The position numbers were made by a program, and so were the translations under genes. A DNA stretch of 49,038 bases from Prevotella sp. (lineage in GTDB: Bacteria > Bacteroidota > Bacteroidia > Bacteroidales > Bacteroidaceae), in contig JAEEPT010000001.1 in NCBI GenBank assembly GCA_016284895.1, forward strand, positions 1 to 49,038, given 5' to 3'. Positions 18,460-29,026 of the stretch are shown here, piece after piece; position 1 is the first letter of the stretch; every line of letters starts with the position of its first letter. The notes under the pieces were generated by a model. The model saw nothing but the letters and a program-made list of their open reading frames with translations. It made no database searches and had not been told where the DNA came from.

Positions 18460-19731
18460 TTATCTGATTTTCAATGTTATAAGTGTAAATGCAGCAAGGA
18501 TAATGGTGATAATCCAGAAACGAATTGTAATTTTTGACTCATGGAACGGACGACGAGGCCACCCTTTGAGCACATAGGTTGAAGTCTGATCAAGTTGTGA
18601 GTCAAGCTTACGAAAGTTGTCATGTATCGGGGTTGCCCTGAACACACGCACCCTGCGACCTTTTCTCTTTTGGAATTTGAACCACTGTGTTTGAATGATG
18701 ACGCTTAGACTCTCCACAAAGAAGATGCCACAGAGAATGGGTAGCAGCAATTCCTTATGAATGATGACTGCACACACACCAATGATGCCACCTATAGTGA
18801 GCGATCCGGTATCGCCCATAAAGATTTGAGCGGGGAACGCATTGTACCACAGAAAGCCAATCATTGCGCCTACGAATGCACAAAGAAACACCACGAGTTC
18901 CTCTGAATGAGGAATATACATTATATCGAAGTAACTGGCATAACCAATGTGTGACGACACATAGGCAAAGATGCCAAGGGCTACACCTATGATAGCTGAA
19001 TTGCCAGCACACATGCCGTCCATACCGTCGTTGAGATTGGCACCATTCGACACAGCCGTCACCACAAAAATAGTCATCAGCACGAAGAGCACCCATCCTG
19101 CAGCTACCTTGTATTTTCCGAAAAAACTCATTACGTTCGAATAGTTCAGGTTATGATTCTTGATGAACGGAATGGTAGTATGCAGCGACTTCACTGCCTC
19201 TGTTTTATGCTTGACCACTATCTCATGGTTGGGCTGTTCAACGTTCACGTTTTCGCGCACTACAGCATCAGGACTCAACCAAAGCGCCAGACCCACGATG
19301 AAACCGATGCTCACCTGTCCCACTATCTTATACTTACCTTTCAGACCATCTTTGTTGCGGCGGAAAATCTTGATGTAATCATCAAGGAATCCCAGGAAGC
19401 CCAGCCACAAAGTAGTGACAATCATCAAGATAAGATATATATTACGCATACGCCCCAAGAGAATAACTGGCACAAGAATAGCAACAATGATGATAATGCC
19501 TCCCATGGTGGGTACACCTTTCTTCTCAACTCCAAACGGATCGATTGATGGATCACGCTCAGTCTCAAAAATCTTGCGACGCTTCATCCATTTGATGAAG
19601 TATTCACCAAACCACGCTGAAATAATCAGCGCAAGAATGAGCGCCAACAATGAACGGAACGAGATGTAGCTCCACAGATGCGAACCTGGGATATTGAACT
19701 GCTCTAAGAATCGGAAAATATAGTACAGCAT
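18460..19731 (-). CDS. mraY: Phospho-N-acetylmuramoyl-pentapeptide transferase
   Basis: PTMGG, GFLDDY, NLNDGMDG, FMGDTGS. Confidence 0.98.
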   Translation of the reverse strand: MLYYIFRFLEQFNIPGSHLWSYISFRSLLALILALIISAWFGEYFIKWMKRRKIFETERDPSIDPFGVEKKGVPTMGGIIIIVAILVPVILLGRMRNIYLILMIVTTLWLGFLGFLDDYIKIFRRNKDGLKGKYKIVGQVSIGFIVGLALWLSPDAVVRENVNVEQPNHEIVVKHKTEAVKSLHTTIPFIKNHNLNYSNVMSFFGKYKVAAGWVLFVLMTIFVVTAVSNGANLNDGMDGMCAGNSAIIGVALGIFAYVSSHIGYASYFDIMYIPHSEELVVFLCAFVGAMIGFLWYNAFPAQIFMGDTGSLTIGGIIGVCAVIIHKELLLPILCGIFFVESLSVIIQTQWFKFQKRKGRRVRVFRATPIHDNFRKLDSQLDQTSTYVLKGWPRRPFHESKITIRFWIITIILAAFTLITLKIR

Positions 19732-19773
19732 CTTCTTCGATAATTCGTTAGTATATTGTTTTGGAATTTCGGA

Positions 19774-21225
19774 TTACTTGAAGGCTTCTCTCACTTCTTC
19801 ACGGTCGTCGAAGTGGTGCTTCACACCTTTCACATCTTGATAGTCCTCGTGACCCTTGCCTGCTATGAGAACCACGTCGCCCTCGTTGGCCATCATGCAG
19901 GCTGCACGGATAGCCTCCCTTCGATCAACAATCGTCAGCACTTTCTTCATTTGCTTCTGATCCAAACCAGCCAGCATATCATTTATAATGTCCTGGGGCT
20001 CCTCAAAGCGGGGATTGTCGCTTGTGATAATCACACGATCGCTCTGTTTTACTGCCTCCTGTGCCATCAGTGGGCGCTTACCCTTGTCACGGTTGCCACC
20101 AGCACCGCATACAGTAATGACTTTACCTTCACGGCCCTCCAGCACTTCATGGATGGCTTTCAGCACATTGTCGAGGGCATCGGGTGTATGAGCATAGTCC
20201 ACAACAGCCGTCACACCCGTTTTCGAGCGGATAGGCTCCAGTCGGCCTGCCACGCTCTTAAGAGTGCTCATCACCACCAGCACTTCCTCTGGTCGTTTTC
20301 CGAGCATTACTGCTGCGCCATAAACAGCCAGCAAATTGCTCACATTGAACTTGCCAATAAACTGAACGCCCACCTCGCGGCCATCTATCTCAAGATACAT
20401 GCCTTCGAAATGACATTCCACTATACGCGCCCTAAAGTCGGCCATGCTTCGAACTGAATACGTCTTTACCGTAGCCTTGGTGTTCTGCACCATGACCATT
20501 CCGTTCTTGTCGTCGGCATTAGTGATGGCGAAAGCGCCTTTGGGCAGCTGATCGAAGAATGCCTTCTTCGCATTACGATAGTTCTCTACCGTCTTGTGAT
20601 AGTCCATATGGTCACGCGTGAGGTTGGTAAAGATACCCCCTGCAAACTTCAGACCGCCGATACGTTTCTGATCAATGGCATGGCTGGAGCACTCCATAAA
20701 CACATACTCGCAGCCAGCATCGGCCATCCGACGAAGCAGTCGATTCAGTTCGATGGGGTCAGGTGTGGTATGATCAGCAGGGATTGCTTCATCCTCAATG
20801 TAGTTGCAGACCGTAGAGAGCAGTCCGCACTTATGTCCCATTTTGCGGAACATATTATATAATAAGGTGGCGATGGTCGTCTTGCCATTTGTGCCTGTGA
20901 CACCAACCAGCTTCAGTTTTTCCGATGGATTATTTTGGAAAGTAGTAGCCAGTACGCCAGCCACCTCTATTGTTGAAGGCACCTGCACATAGGTCACCCC
21001 CTCAGCCAGCGACTCAGGCATGTCCTCACACACCACTGCAGCAGCCCCTTGCGCTACAGCCTTTTCTATGTATTTATGACCATCAGTAACAGTACCTTTG
21101 ATGGCAATAAACATGTGACCAACAGCGATGGAACGTGAGTCAATGTTGACATCGTCAATTTCAACATCGGTGCTTCCTACCACTTTAGTGGTTCTAATCC
21201 TTTTCAGTAGCTCGTTCAGTATCAT
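19774..21225 (-). CDS. murE: UDP-N-acetylmuramoyl-dipeptide--meso-DAP ligase
   Basis: [32 protein letters not shown] (mDAP-type), AGKGHE. Confidence 0.98.
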   Translation of the reverse strand: MILNELLKRIRTTKVVGSTDVEIDDVNIDSRSIAVGHMFIAIKGTVTDGHKYIEKAVAQGAAAVVCEDMPESLAEGVTYVQVPSTIEVAGVLATTFQNNPSEKLKLVGVTGTNGKTTIATLLYNMFRKMGHKCGLLSTVCNYIEDEAIPADHTTPDPIELNRLLRRMADAGCEYVFMECSSHAIDQKRIGGLKFAGGIFTNLTRDHMDYHKTVENYRNAKKAFFDQLPKGAFAITNADDKNGMVMVQNTKATVKTYSVRSMADFRARIVECHFEGMYLEIDGREVGVQFIGKFNVSNLLAVYGAAVMLGKRPEEVLVVMSTLKSVAGRLEPIRSKTGVTAVVDYAHTPDALDNVLKAIHEVLEGREGKVITVCGAGGNRDKGKRPLMAQEAVKQSDRVIITSDNPRFEEPQDIINDMLAGLDQKQMKKVLTIVDRREAIRAACMMANEGDVVLIAGKGHEDYQDVKGVKHHFDDREEVREAFK

Positions 21226-21268
21226 TTCGCGTACATTATATTATAATAGATACAAGAATAATATATCC

Positions 21269-23473
21269 TTATTGTAGTGCCAACTGACAAATCATGCCGT
21301 GATGGATATCGGTGCCGTAAGGTATGCTTTGAGACTTCACCTTGCCTGCTCCACTCAGTTTCACCTTCAGACCACAGGTTTCCAACAGGAACACGGCATC
21401 GCTTGCTCCCATTCCAGTGACGTCGGGCATGGTGCTCTCGGGCATTTTTTGCTCAGCCAGCTTCACTTTACCCGGCTCGTTTTGTGCCTTGCCCCAAATG
21501 GGATTACCATTGCCGTAGGTACCTCCCCATCCACCTTCAGTTTTTACACCAAGTTGATGAAGTACATAGTCGGCCGCCAACACATTTCCGTTCTTCACCT
21601 CAGGTATCAACAAAGACGTAGTGTCGCGTGCATCTTCCACACGCAACTTCAGATACTGAGCCATCACACCTTCTGAAATCTGATGGAAAACGGCACCTGC
21701 CATACCGCCACCTGATGCTGGCAAGCCTGGCTTTTTCAGACACACGATGCACGAATACTTCGGGTTGTCGGCTGGGAAGAAGCCTGCAAAGGAGAGCCAA
21801 TACCACATCGTGGCCCCTCCCTTATAGCCCTTCGAGCCTTGAGACACTTGTGCCGTTCCCGTCTTTCCAGCCACCTTAAACGAACGTGAACCCGCTTTGC
21901 GCCCCAGTCCCTGACTCACCACATGCTCCAATACAGTCTGCATGGTCTTGATGGTCTGCGGCTTGGCTATCTGCTGTTTGATGACTTCCGGTTTTGTCTC
22001 GTATAGCACCTCGCCGTCTTTCATGATTTGCTTCACTAATCGGGGGCGCATCATCTTGCCGTTATTGGCAATGGCGTTATAGAACGTCACCGTGTTGATA
22101 GGCGCTATATAGGTCTCATAGCCTATCGACATCCAAGGCAGCGTGGTCTTACTCCAGTATTCTGCCTTGTTGGTGGTTTTCGTGTTCGGCATACGAATCT
22201 TTGGAGGCAGATAACCCACGAGAGGGATGTTCAGGTCTTCATTGATGCCAACTCTATAGAGTCCCTTTACATATTTCTCTGGATGATCATGATAGAACTT
22301 ATCAATAACATAGCTCACTCCGATGTTCGAACTGACTTCCAAAGCGCGTGCCACATTGATGTCACCATAGCCGCCACGATACCAGTTGTGATCCTTCATG
22401 TTGCTGCCATGCATCTGCATAATGCCGTTGCCGGTGTGGATGACATAGCTTGTATCCACCACACCGTCGTCGAGTGCCACGAGGAATGATGCCGTCTTGA
22501 ACACCGAACCTGGCTCACAACGATAACTGATGGCGTTGTTGACGATCTCTCGATAGACACCATCCTCGCATTTCGTCATGTTCACGATAGCCTTCACGTC
22601 ACCCGTCTGCACCTCCATCAGGATGGCAACGCCCAGTTCAGCATTGTCCTTCTTCAGTTCCTCCACCAACGCACGCTCAGCCAAGTCCTGCATAGTCACA
22701 TCGATTGTGGTGACGATATCTGCACCGTCAAGGGGAGGAGCTACAGTTATTTTCACATACTTGTTGCGCACTTTCTGCTTGTGCGAAATGCCATTTTTTC
22801 CGCGAAGAACCGAGTCGAACGACAGCTCCAGTCCGCATTTAGCAGAGTCGACAGCACCGAACATGGTTCCTACCGTACGCTGCGCAAGTGATCCGAACGG
22901 GCGCCGACGGGCATTGTAGGTCTCGGTGTGGAAGCCGCCTTTGTTTACAGACAAGCACAAGATGGGCAGTTTGCTCACCTCTTTATATGTGCCGTAATCT
23001 ATGCGATAGGGCCAGATAGGCCAGTGGCGAGCACCGCGCGTACCATCCCTCATCACTTTCTCACGACCTGCCAGCAAGTGCTGTTTGAATTCCTCAGCCG
23101 AGCGGCTGCGGAATATATTGTGCAGTCCGTTGCACACGCTGTCAATATCGGCATTCCAAAGGCTGTCTAACTTCTTGGCTGCCAATGAGTCCATGGGTAC
23201 ATTGCGCTGTCTGCCGGGTTGGAAGTCCAGGAAGATTTTATACTCGGGTATGCTCGAAGCCATGAGTTGACCGTCACAACTGAGGATATTGCCACGCACG
23301 GGTTTCTCGCTGATGCTGTCGAGCTTCATCTTTGACGACACCACCATCCAGTAATCCTTTTTGGCTGTCATAATATATACAGACTTGACCAAGATGGCCA
23401 GGCCTATTAGCGTCAGAACTACCGCAATGCTGAGGTAGCGTGGTATCACTTTCTTCGATTCAAACTTGCTCAC
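21269..23473 (-). CDS. ftsI: Class B penicillin-binding protein FtsI with C-terminal PASTA domain
   Basis: PGSVFK (SxxK), SSN, KTGTAQ motifs; position in dcw cluster. Confidence 0.95.
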   Translation of the reverse strand: MSKFESKKVIPRYLSIAVVLTLIGLAILVKSVYIMTAKKDYWMVVSSKMKLDSISEKPVRGNILSCDGQLMASSIPEYKIFLDFQPGRQRNVPMDSLAAKKLDSLWNADIDSVCNGLHNIFRSRSAEEFKQHLLAGREKVMRDGTRGARHWPIWPYRIDYGTYKEVSKLPILCLSVNKGGFHTETYNARRRPFGSLAQRTVGTMFGAVDSAKCGLELSFDSVLRGKNGISHKQKVRNKYVKITVAPPLDGADIVTTIDVTMQDLAERALVEELKKDNAELGVAILMEVQTGDVKAIVNMTKCEDGVYREIVNNAISYRCEPGSVFKTASFLVALDDGVVDTSYVIHTGNGIMQMHGSNMKDHNWYRGGYGDINVARALEVSSNIGVSYVIDKFYHDHPEKYVKGLYRVGINEDLNIPLVGYLPPKIRMPNTKTTNKAEYWSKTTLPWMSIGYETYIAPINTVTFYNAIANNGKMMRPRLVKQIMKDGEVLYETKPEVIKQQIAKPQTIKTMQTVLEHVVSQGLGRKAGSRSFKVAGKTGTAQVSQGSKGYKGGATMWYWLSFAGFFPADNPKYSCIVCLKKPGLPASGGGMAGAVFHQISEGVMAQYLKLRVEDARDTTSLLIPEVKNGNVLAADYVLHQLGVKTEGGWGGTYGNGNPIWGKAQNEPGKVKLAEQKMPESTMPDVTGMGASDAVFLLETCGLKVKLSGAGKVKSQSIPYGTDIHHGMICQLALQ

Positions 23474-23517
23474 CCTTGTATCCGAATAATTACTGTTCTA
23501 CTTATTATTTACTATCT

Positions 23518-23997
23518 TCAATTCTCAGGTATATATATTTTATAAGGTGGCTGACTGCTAGCACTCAGTGTACTGTCTTGGTGCTGGCGCAGCATTTCCA
23601 AAACCTTGCTCTCCCTACAACGCTCGGTGAGACTACTCGAGCTGGAGAGTGCTTTATACTTGGCATCCACCAATTCGCTCTCCAGCTGGGCTATGTCGAT
23701 CATGTCCTGTTGACACTGATAGCGGAATGCCACGTAGAAGGTAACGAAAAAGGCAATCAGAAGGCAAAGCCACACCTGACGGCGCACCACATCGGCCGAC
23801 AGGATATCCCCACCGAGAATTCTGCGCAATGTGAGCGCGGCCACAGGCACGTTATCATCCTCTGTCACCCGCTGTTTCAGTTCTTCGAACGAGAGACTTC
23901 CGTCAGCCGCCTTTGTGACCGTTGCTTGCGACTCATCCCGATTCTGATTAGCTGCTTGCTGCAGTTCCTGATTGTTGTCTTTTTGTTTCTTACTCAT
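23518..23997 (-). CDS. ftsL: FtsL-like cell division protein
   Basis: ILGGDIL, one TM helix then coiled coil; between rsmH and ftsI. Confidence 0.8.
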   Translation of the reverse strand: MSKKQKDNNQELQQAANQNRDESQATVTKAADGSLSFEELKQRVTEDDNVPVAALTLRRILGGDILSADVVRRQVWLCLLIAFFVTFYVAFRYQCQQDMIDIAQLESELVDAKYKALSSSSSLTERCRESKVLEMLRQHQDSTLSASSQPPYKIYIPEN

Positions 23998-24047
23998 CTA
24001 TTTTTCGTCTCTTTTCATGAAGATGGCATCGACATCTCACAAAATTA

Positions 24048-24956
24048 TCATAATTTTTCAGCAATTCTCAGTTTGGCGCTCCTGCTGCGCGGATTATTCT
24101 CCACCTCTTCATCGGAAGGAGTAATCACTTTACTATTGACCACTCGCAACGGAGCCTTAACCCTGCCAAAGAAATCCTGCTCTACCTTTCCTTCTACATT
24201 GCCAGCACGCATCATATTCTTCACCATCCGGTCTTCCAGTGAGTGATAGGTGATCACACTGAGTCGTCCGCCCTTGGCCAACAGTTCCTGTGCGCCATTC
24301 AGCATCTCCTTCAACACCTCCATCTCACGGTTCACCTCTATTCGAAGTGCCTGAAACACCTGAGCCAGTTCTTTCTTTTCACGCTCCTTGGCCACTAGAT
24401 TTCCCACCGCCCCCATCAGGTCCTGAGTGGTGCGCAATGGAAGTTGTTGTCTGGCTTTCACGATAGCCATCGCCATGCGTCGAGCCTGTTTCAGCTCACC
24501 ATAGAGATAGAACACATCAGCCAGCTGTTCCTCGGTATAGTTGTTCAGCACATCGGCTGCGGTCATGCCGGCTCGTTTGTTCATGCGCATGTCGAGTGGA
24601 GCCTCGAAACGAAACGAGAAGCCACGCGTCTCATCATCGAAATGGTGGCTCGATACACCGAGGTCAGCCAGTACCCCGTCCACTTCATCCACCTCATAAT
24701 AGCGCATCCAGTTCTTGATATATCTAAAGTTGCTGCGAACAAACGTAAATCTATCATCGCTAATGATATTTTTTTCTGCATCGGCATCCTGGTCGAAACC
24801 AAAGAGACGGCCTTTCGGCCCCAGGCGTCGAAGAATCTCTCGCGAGTGCCCGCCACCGCCGAAGGTCACATCTACGTAAATCCCGTCGGGCTTCACATTT
24901 AACCCATCAACGCTTCCTTGCAACAATGCAGGAATGTGATATGCCTCGGACATCAT
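24048..24956 (-). CDS. rsmH: 16S rRNA m4C1402 methyltransferase
   Basis: DVTFGGGGHS, DLGVSS, FQALRIEVN, NPRSRSAKLR. Confidence 0.98.
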   Translation of the reverse strand: MMSEAYHIPALLQGSVDGLNVKPDGIYVDVTFGGGGHSREILRRLGPKGRLFGFDQDADAEKNIISDDRFTFVRSNFRYIKNWMRYYEVDEVDGVLADLGVSSHHFDDETRGFSFRFEAPLDMRMNKRAGMTAADVLNNYTEEQLADVFYLYGELKQARRMAMAIVKARQQLPLRTTQDLMGAVGNLVAKEREKKELAQVFQALRIEVNREMEVLKEMLNGAQELLAKGGRLSVITYHSLEDRMVKNMMRAGNVEGKVEQDFFGRVKAPLRVVNSKVITPSDEEVENNPRSRSAKLRIAEKL

Positions 24957-24981
24957 AACGCTATATTGTTTTAGTGCACTG

Positions 24982-25428
24982 TTATTGCCTACTCATTATC
25001 TCTTTCAGCCTTGTAGCAAACTCTGCCTGAGCGAGGAAAGGTTGCTCGGTCTTTTCTGAAGCCCAAATCTCTATGGTATCATTCATGCCTATGAATCTCA
25101 CAGACTGGTTGATACCAGCAGCCTGCAGAAGACGTTTCGAAATAAGAAAACGGCCATTGCCATCGAGTGTCAGGACTTCGGCTTCAGCCATAAAGGCTCG
25201 CAGCACCATCTGTTCTTCCTCGTTCCATTCAGAAACTTTTGCTGAAATTTCGTCTAACCTGCGATTCCATGCACTTTCTGGATAGAGCACTAGACATTTG
25301 CCATAGATATCGGTACGCAACACCAGTTGCTCTTCGCCGGCAGTCTGCAACTGCTTACGAAACACCGCTGGCAGGAACACTCGCCCCTTGGCATCAGTCT
25401 TAGCTTCTATATTACCTAAAAATCGCAT
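24982..25428 (-). CDS. mraZ: Transcriptional regulator MraZ
   Basis: Two DxxGR motifs (DAKGRV, DGNGRF); ATG at 25428. Confidence 0.95.
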   Translation of the reverse strand: MRFLGNIEAKTDAKGRVFLPAVFRKQLQTAGEEQLVLRTDIYGKCLVLYPESAWNRRLDEISAKVSEWNEEEQMVLRAFMAEAEVLTLDGNGRFLISKRLLQAAGINQSVRFIGMNDTIEIWASEKTEQPFLAQAEFATRLKEIMSRQ

Positions 25429-25468
25429 ACGAACATTAAAAATACTCCCTTTCGGGATTTGTCCGTTG

Positions 25469-25511
25469 CAAAAGTAATCATTTTCCCCCACAATCCCCCA
25501 CAATTCTCCAC
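25469..25511 (-). promoter_or_regulatory. dcw promoter (-7 TACTTTTG) with three MraZ-type GTGG boxes at 10-bp period
   Basis: - strand TGTGGAGAATTGTGGGGGATTGTGGGGG; CCAC at 25488, 25498, 25508. Confidence 0.8.
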
Positions 25512-25750
25512 AAAAATTTATTAAAAACTTGAAAATATTTTTTTATAGTTTAAACGGACCAATATTTTTACACAAAATGCGACATTTGTGCAATACCAAA
25601 ACAGTGCTGTTCACATTGCATAGATTACTTCTTATAAGTGTCAAAATAGCAGAAAAACACGTGTTTTTACACATTTTATCCAAAAAGTGTGCACAATTCA
25701 GAAGATTTGTCGTATTTTTGCAGTTTACTAAGCAGAGCAAACAAACCGAA

Positions 25751-26590
25751 ATGGAAGAAGTAGCGCAAAAAACTCTTGACATTGAGAAGATTCTTCAGAG
25801 CAAAATGGGTGACAAGGCCAAGTGGGTGCCTAGCTTTGCCGTGAAATGGCTGAAGAACATCATCCATCAAGACGAAATGAACGATTTCCTGTGGTCGTCA
25901 CGTGACCTGAAAGGTACACCATGGCTTGAAGCCACCTTAGATTACCTGCAATGCAAAATTGAAGTAGAAGGAATGGAAAACCTTCCTTCCAAAGACGATC
26001 CCAAACGCTATATATTCGTATCAAACCACCCAATGGGGGGCATCGATGGAGTGGCACTCGGCATCATCATAGGCAGACAATACGATGACAACTTCCGCTA
26101 TTTGGTAAACGACCTATTGATGAATCTTCCTGGTCTGGCTCCGCTCTGCATTCCCATCAACACTACTACCAAGAAGAGCCGTTCCTTCCCCCAAATTGTA
26201 GAGGAAGGCTTCAAAGGCAACTATCACGTACTCATGTACCCCGCCGGACTTTGCTCTCGACGAAATGACGGCCAGATTCGCGACTTACCCTGGAAGAAGA
26301 CCTTCATCAGCAAGAGTGTAGAGTGCCACCGCGACGTAGTGCCCATTCATTTCGAAGGGCGCAATAGCAACTTCTTCTACCGGTTATCCAACATCAGCGA
26401 CCGCTACATAAAAAAGGTCAACATAGCCATGCTGTTTTTAGTCGATGAGATGTACAAGAACACTGGCAACACCTTCCACGTGACAATAGGAAAGCCCATA
26501 CCCTGGCAGACGTTCGACCACACCAAATCACCCAGAGAATGGGCCGCAGTCGTTCAAGACATAGTCTACAAACTCCCAACCAATCCCTAA
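25751..26590 (+). CDS. glsA: PlsC-like O-acyltransferase, glycine-lipid GlsA-like
   Basis: NHPMGGID (HxxxxD), YPAG; paired with a GNAT gene and divergent from mraZ as in Bacteroides; ATG at 25751. Confidence 0.75.
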   Translation: MEEVAQKTLDIEKILQSKMGDKAKWVPSFAVKWLKNIIHQDEMNDFLWSSRDLKGTPWLEATLDYLQCKIEVEGMENLPSKDDPKRYIFVSNHPMGGIDGVALGIIIGRQYDDNFRYLVNDLLMNLPGLAPLCIPINTTTKKSRSFPQIVEEGFKGNYHVLMYPAGLCSRRNDGQIRDLPWKKTFISKSVECHRDVVPIHFEGRNSNFFYRLSNISDRYIKKVNIAMLFLVDEMYKNTGNTFHVTIGKPIPWQTFDHTKSPREWAAVVQDIVYKLPTNP

Positions 26591-26609
26591 TCCTGCAACA
26601 TCCAAAGAC

Positions 26610-27602
26610 ATGGTACAACCAATCATTCAGCCCATCGACAGGCAGGTGCTCAAGAGCGAACTCACTCCTGATCGCCAGTTACGCATGACAAACAAGAGCA
26701 ACAACCAAATATTCATCATCACGGCACACAATGCGCCCAACGTGATGCGCGAAATAGGTAGATTGCGCGAGATTGCCTTCCGCGAGGCTGGCGGAGGAAC
26801 TGGCAAAGAGTGCGACATCGACGAATTCGACACCTGCGAGAACTGCTACAAGCAACTCATTGTGTGGAACCCACAAGATGAGGAAATTATTGGAGCCTAC
26901 CGCTATCTGGAAGGGACAAACTGGGAAATCGACGAGAACGGCCAACCCAAACTGGCTACCAGCCACATGTTCAAGTTCTCAGAGAAGTTTATCCGCGAAT
27001 ACATGCCCTACACCATCGAACTCGGACGCTCTTTCGTCTCACTACCCTATCAGTCATCACGAATGGGATCAAAGAGTTTGTTTGCACTCGACAACTTATG
27101 GGACGGGTTAGGTGCCCTTACGGTCATCATGCCCAACGTGAAATATTTCTTTGGAAAGATGACAATGTACCCCAGCTATATCCGTGAAGGGCGCGACATG
27201 ATTCTCTACTTCCTCAAGAAGCATTTTCACGACAAGGAGCAGCTTGTGATTCCGATGAAACCTTTGAAAATCGAGACTTCAGAAGAGGAATTAGGCAAGC
27301 TGTTCTGCGAAACAGACTTCCGTGCTGACTATCGCATCCTGAACCGCGAAATACATAAGTTAGGCTACAGCATTCCGCCTCTTGTGAATGCCTACATGAA
27401 CCTATCTCCCACCATGAAACTCTTCGGCACAGCCATCAACTATGGCTTTGGCGATGTTGAAGAAACGGGCATTCTCATTGCTATGGATGAGATACTGGAG
27501 GACAAGCGCATTCGCCACATCGACTCTTTCATTAAGGAGCACCCAGAAGCTATGAAGATTACAAGCGGGGCCAATAAAGTCATCTATCGGGACAACTACT
27601 AA
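26610..27602 (+). CDS. glsB: GNAT (OlsB-like) N-acyltransferase, glycine-lipid GlsB-like
   Basis: EIGRLREIAFR, DIDEFD, IELGRSFV, LWDGL, IPPLVNAY. Confidence 0.8.
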   Translation: MVQPIIQPIDRQVLKSELTPDRQLRMTNKSNNQIFIITAHNAPNVMREIGRLREIAFREAGGGTGKECDIDEFDTCENCYKQLIVWNPQDEEIIGAYRYLEGTNWEIDENGQPKLATSHMFKFSEKFIREYMPYTIELGRSFVSLPYQSSRMGSKSLFALDNLWDGLGALTVIMPNVKYFFGKMTMYPSYIREGRDMILYFLKKHFHDKEQLVIPMKPLKIETSEEELGKLFCETDFRADYRILNREIHKLGYSIPPLVNAYMNLSPTMKLFGTAINYGFGDVEETGILIAMDEILEDKRIRHIDSFIKEHPEAMKITSGANKVIYRDNY

Positions 27603-27637
27603 GCCATCACTGAATCCCCACTTTTTTACATAAACAA

Positions 27638-27679
27638 ACCCTTCACCAGCCCATATTTTTCATGGAGCTGATGAAGGTT
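27638..27679. terminator. Probable bidirectional terminator between convergent genes
   Basis: ACCCTTCACCAGCCCAT...ATGGAGCTGATGAAGGT imperfect stem. Confidence 0.55.
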
Positions 27680-27706
27680 GTCCATTTTGTTATAAGCTTT
27701 TCAATC

Positions 27707-28345
27707 TTAGCCGATGTACTGCAAAATGACATCAGCGATTTCCTCCTCTGTTTTGCCGTCGGCAGCTATGACAAGCTGGTAGTTGCGAGTGTCATAGCGT
27801 GAAGTACCAGTGTATTTCTTCACATAGTTCTCGCGCATCTTGTCCACCTTATCAATGATTTTGCGGGCTTCATCTTCAGAGATATTCTGCTTGCGCGCCA
27901 AGCGATTCACCCGGTACTCCAAGGAGGCCTGAATAAGGATGCTGAGGTGATTGGGATGATAGCGGAAAATGTGGAAGCCGCTACGACCGGCCACGACGCA
28001 CGATTTCTCGACAGCGAGATCCTGCAAAATCAGCGTCTCGGTTTTAAACATCTCGTCAGTGGTCAGCAGATCGGGCGCATCGCTATTCTGCGGCAGATAG
28101 TATTCCATGCTCACGCCAGCGTCTATCCTTATAATACGCTCCATATCGGCCCACCATCCATGTTTGCGGCCTTTCAGTCGCTCAATCTCGTCAACAGTGA
28201 GATTATATTTCTCCTGCAAAGCCTTAATGACTGCCTTGTCATAGAAGGGAACACCTAATTTCTCTGCCAAGAGACGGCCAACGGTGCGGCCGCCACTTCC
28301 CAGCTCACGATTGATTGTGATTACAAATTTCTCGGACTTGTTCAT
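27707..28345 (-). CDS. Cytidylate kinase-like family protein
   Basis: ITINRELGSGGR P-loop-like motif, SCVVAGR, YTGTSRYDTRNY. Confidence 0.85.
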   Translation of the reverse strand: MNKSEKFVITINRELGSGGRTVGRLLAEKLGVPFYDKAVIKALQEKYNLTVDEIERLKGRKHGWWADMERIIRIDAGVSMEYYLPQNSDAPDLLTTDEMFKTETLILQDLAVEKSCVVAGRSGFHIFRYHPNHLSILIQASLEYRVNRLARKQNISEDEARKIIDKVDKMRENYVKKYTGTSRYDTRNYQLVIAADGKTEEEIADVILQYIG

Positions 28346-28538
28346 ATCTCTTCTTTGTTAGTTATGGAATAATCAACTTCGGCAAAATTACAACATTTTA
28401 TCGAAAAACAGTCTTTTTGTCATAGTTTAACATAATTCTTTTCTCAAATGAATCAGATATTCTCCTAAACAAACGAAAGCTTATAAAACAATGAAGTGAC
28501 TGAAATTCAGCCACTCCACATCAAACAAATTTTGTTTT

Positions 28539-28614
28539 TGGTCGGGATGAGGCGACTCGAACGCCCGACCCCTACGTCCCGAACGTAGTGCGCTACCAAC
28601 TGCGCTACATCCCG
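28539..28614 (-). tRNA. tRNA-Pro (CGG) with encoded CCA
   Basis: CGGGATGTAGCGCAGTTGGTAGCGCA CTACG-TTCGGGA-CGTAG ... GTTCGAGT ... CATCCCGACCA; promoter TACCTTTG at 28642..28635. Confidence 0.97.
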
Positions 28615-28781
28615 ATTGCTTTAAAAAAGCGGTGCAAAGGTAGCAAATAATTATGAATTAGTGATGTCGATTCTTGATTTATTTTGCCTGCAGGTTGTAA
28701 AAAAGGTTAAATATAGCTTTATCAGAACCTTCTGAGACGCATTATTCGTAACTATTTACTACCTTTGCAACAGATTTCAAT

Positions 28782-28854
28782 GGTGCCTTAGCTCAGTTGG
28801 TAGAGCATCGGACTGAAAATCCGTGTGTCCCCGGTTCGATTCCTGGAGGTACCA
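28782..28854 (+). tRNA. tRNA-Phe (GAA), CCA not encoded
   Basis: GGTGCCTTAGCTCAGTTGGTAGAGCA TCGGA-CTGAAAA-TCCGT ... GTTCGATTC ... AGGTACCA; promoter TACCTTTG at 28760. Confidence 0.97.
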
Positions 28855-28861
28855 CAAGAGA

Positions 28862-28905
28862 AAAACGCGAATGATTCGTCTATTGTTACGAATCATTCGT
28901 GTTTT
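28862..28905 (+). terminator. Terminator after tRNA-Phe
   Basis: AAAACGCGAATGATTCGT-loop-ACGAATCATTCGTGTTTT followed by T-rich tail. Confidence 0.75.
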
Positions 28906-29026
28906 ATTTTATGCCTCATTTATACACATCCGCGCTACGATTATTCATACTAAATTTTTGCTATCTCGCTCAAAAGTAGTAATTTTGCGACTTGAAAACA
29001 TTTACACCTAATTATATTTAAGCATT

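Noticed and set aside
25529-25750. N-terminal extensions in the ORF track (glsA, mraZ, ftsW, ung, ddl, PASTA gene, 42621 ORF)
   Set aside because: Most run across promoter motifs or repeats; downstream ATGs fit family N-termini better
27707-28614. Integrative element at the tRNA-Pro 3' end
   Set aside because: No integrase and no duplicated tRNA 3' end (att site) seen in the window
28823-29011. 62-aa ORF upstream of gpmI
   Set aside because: Starts inside tRNA-Phe and crosses its terminator
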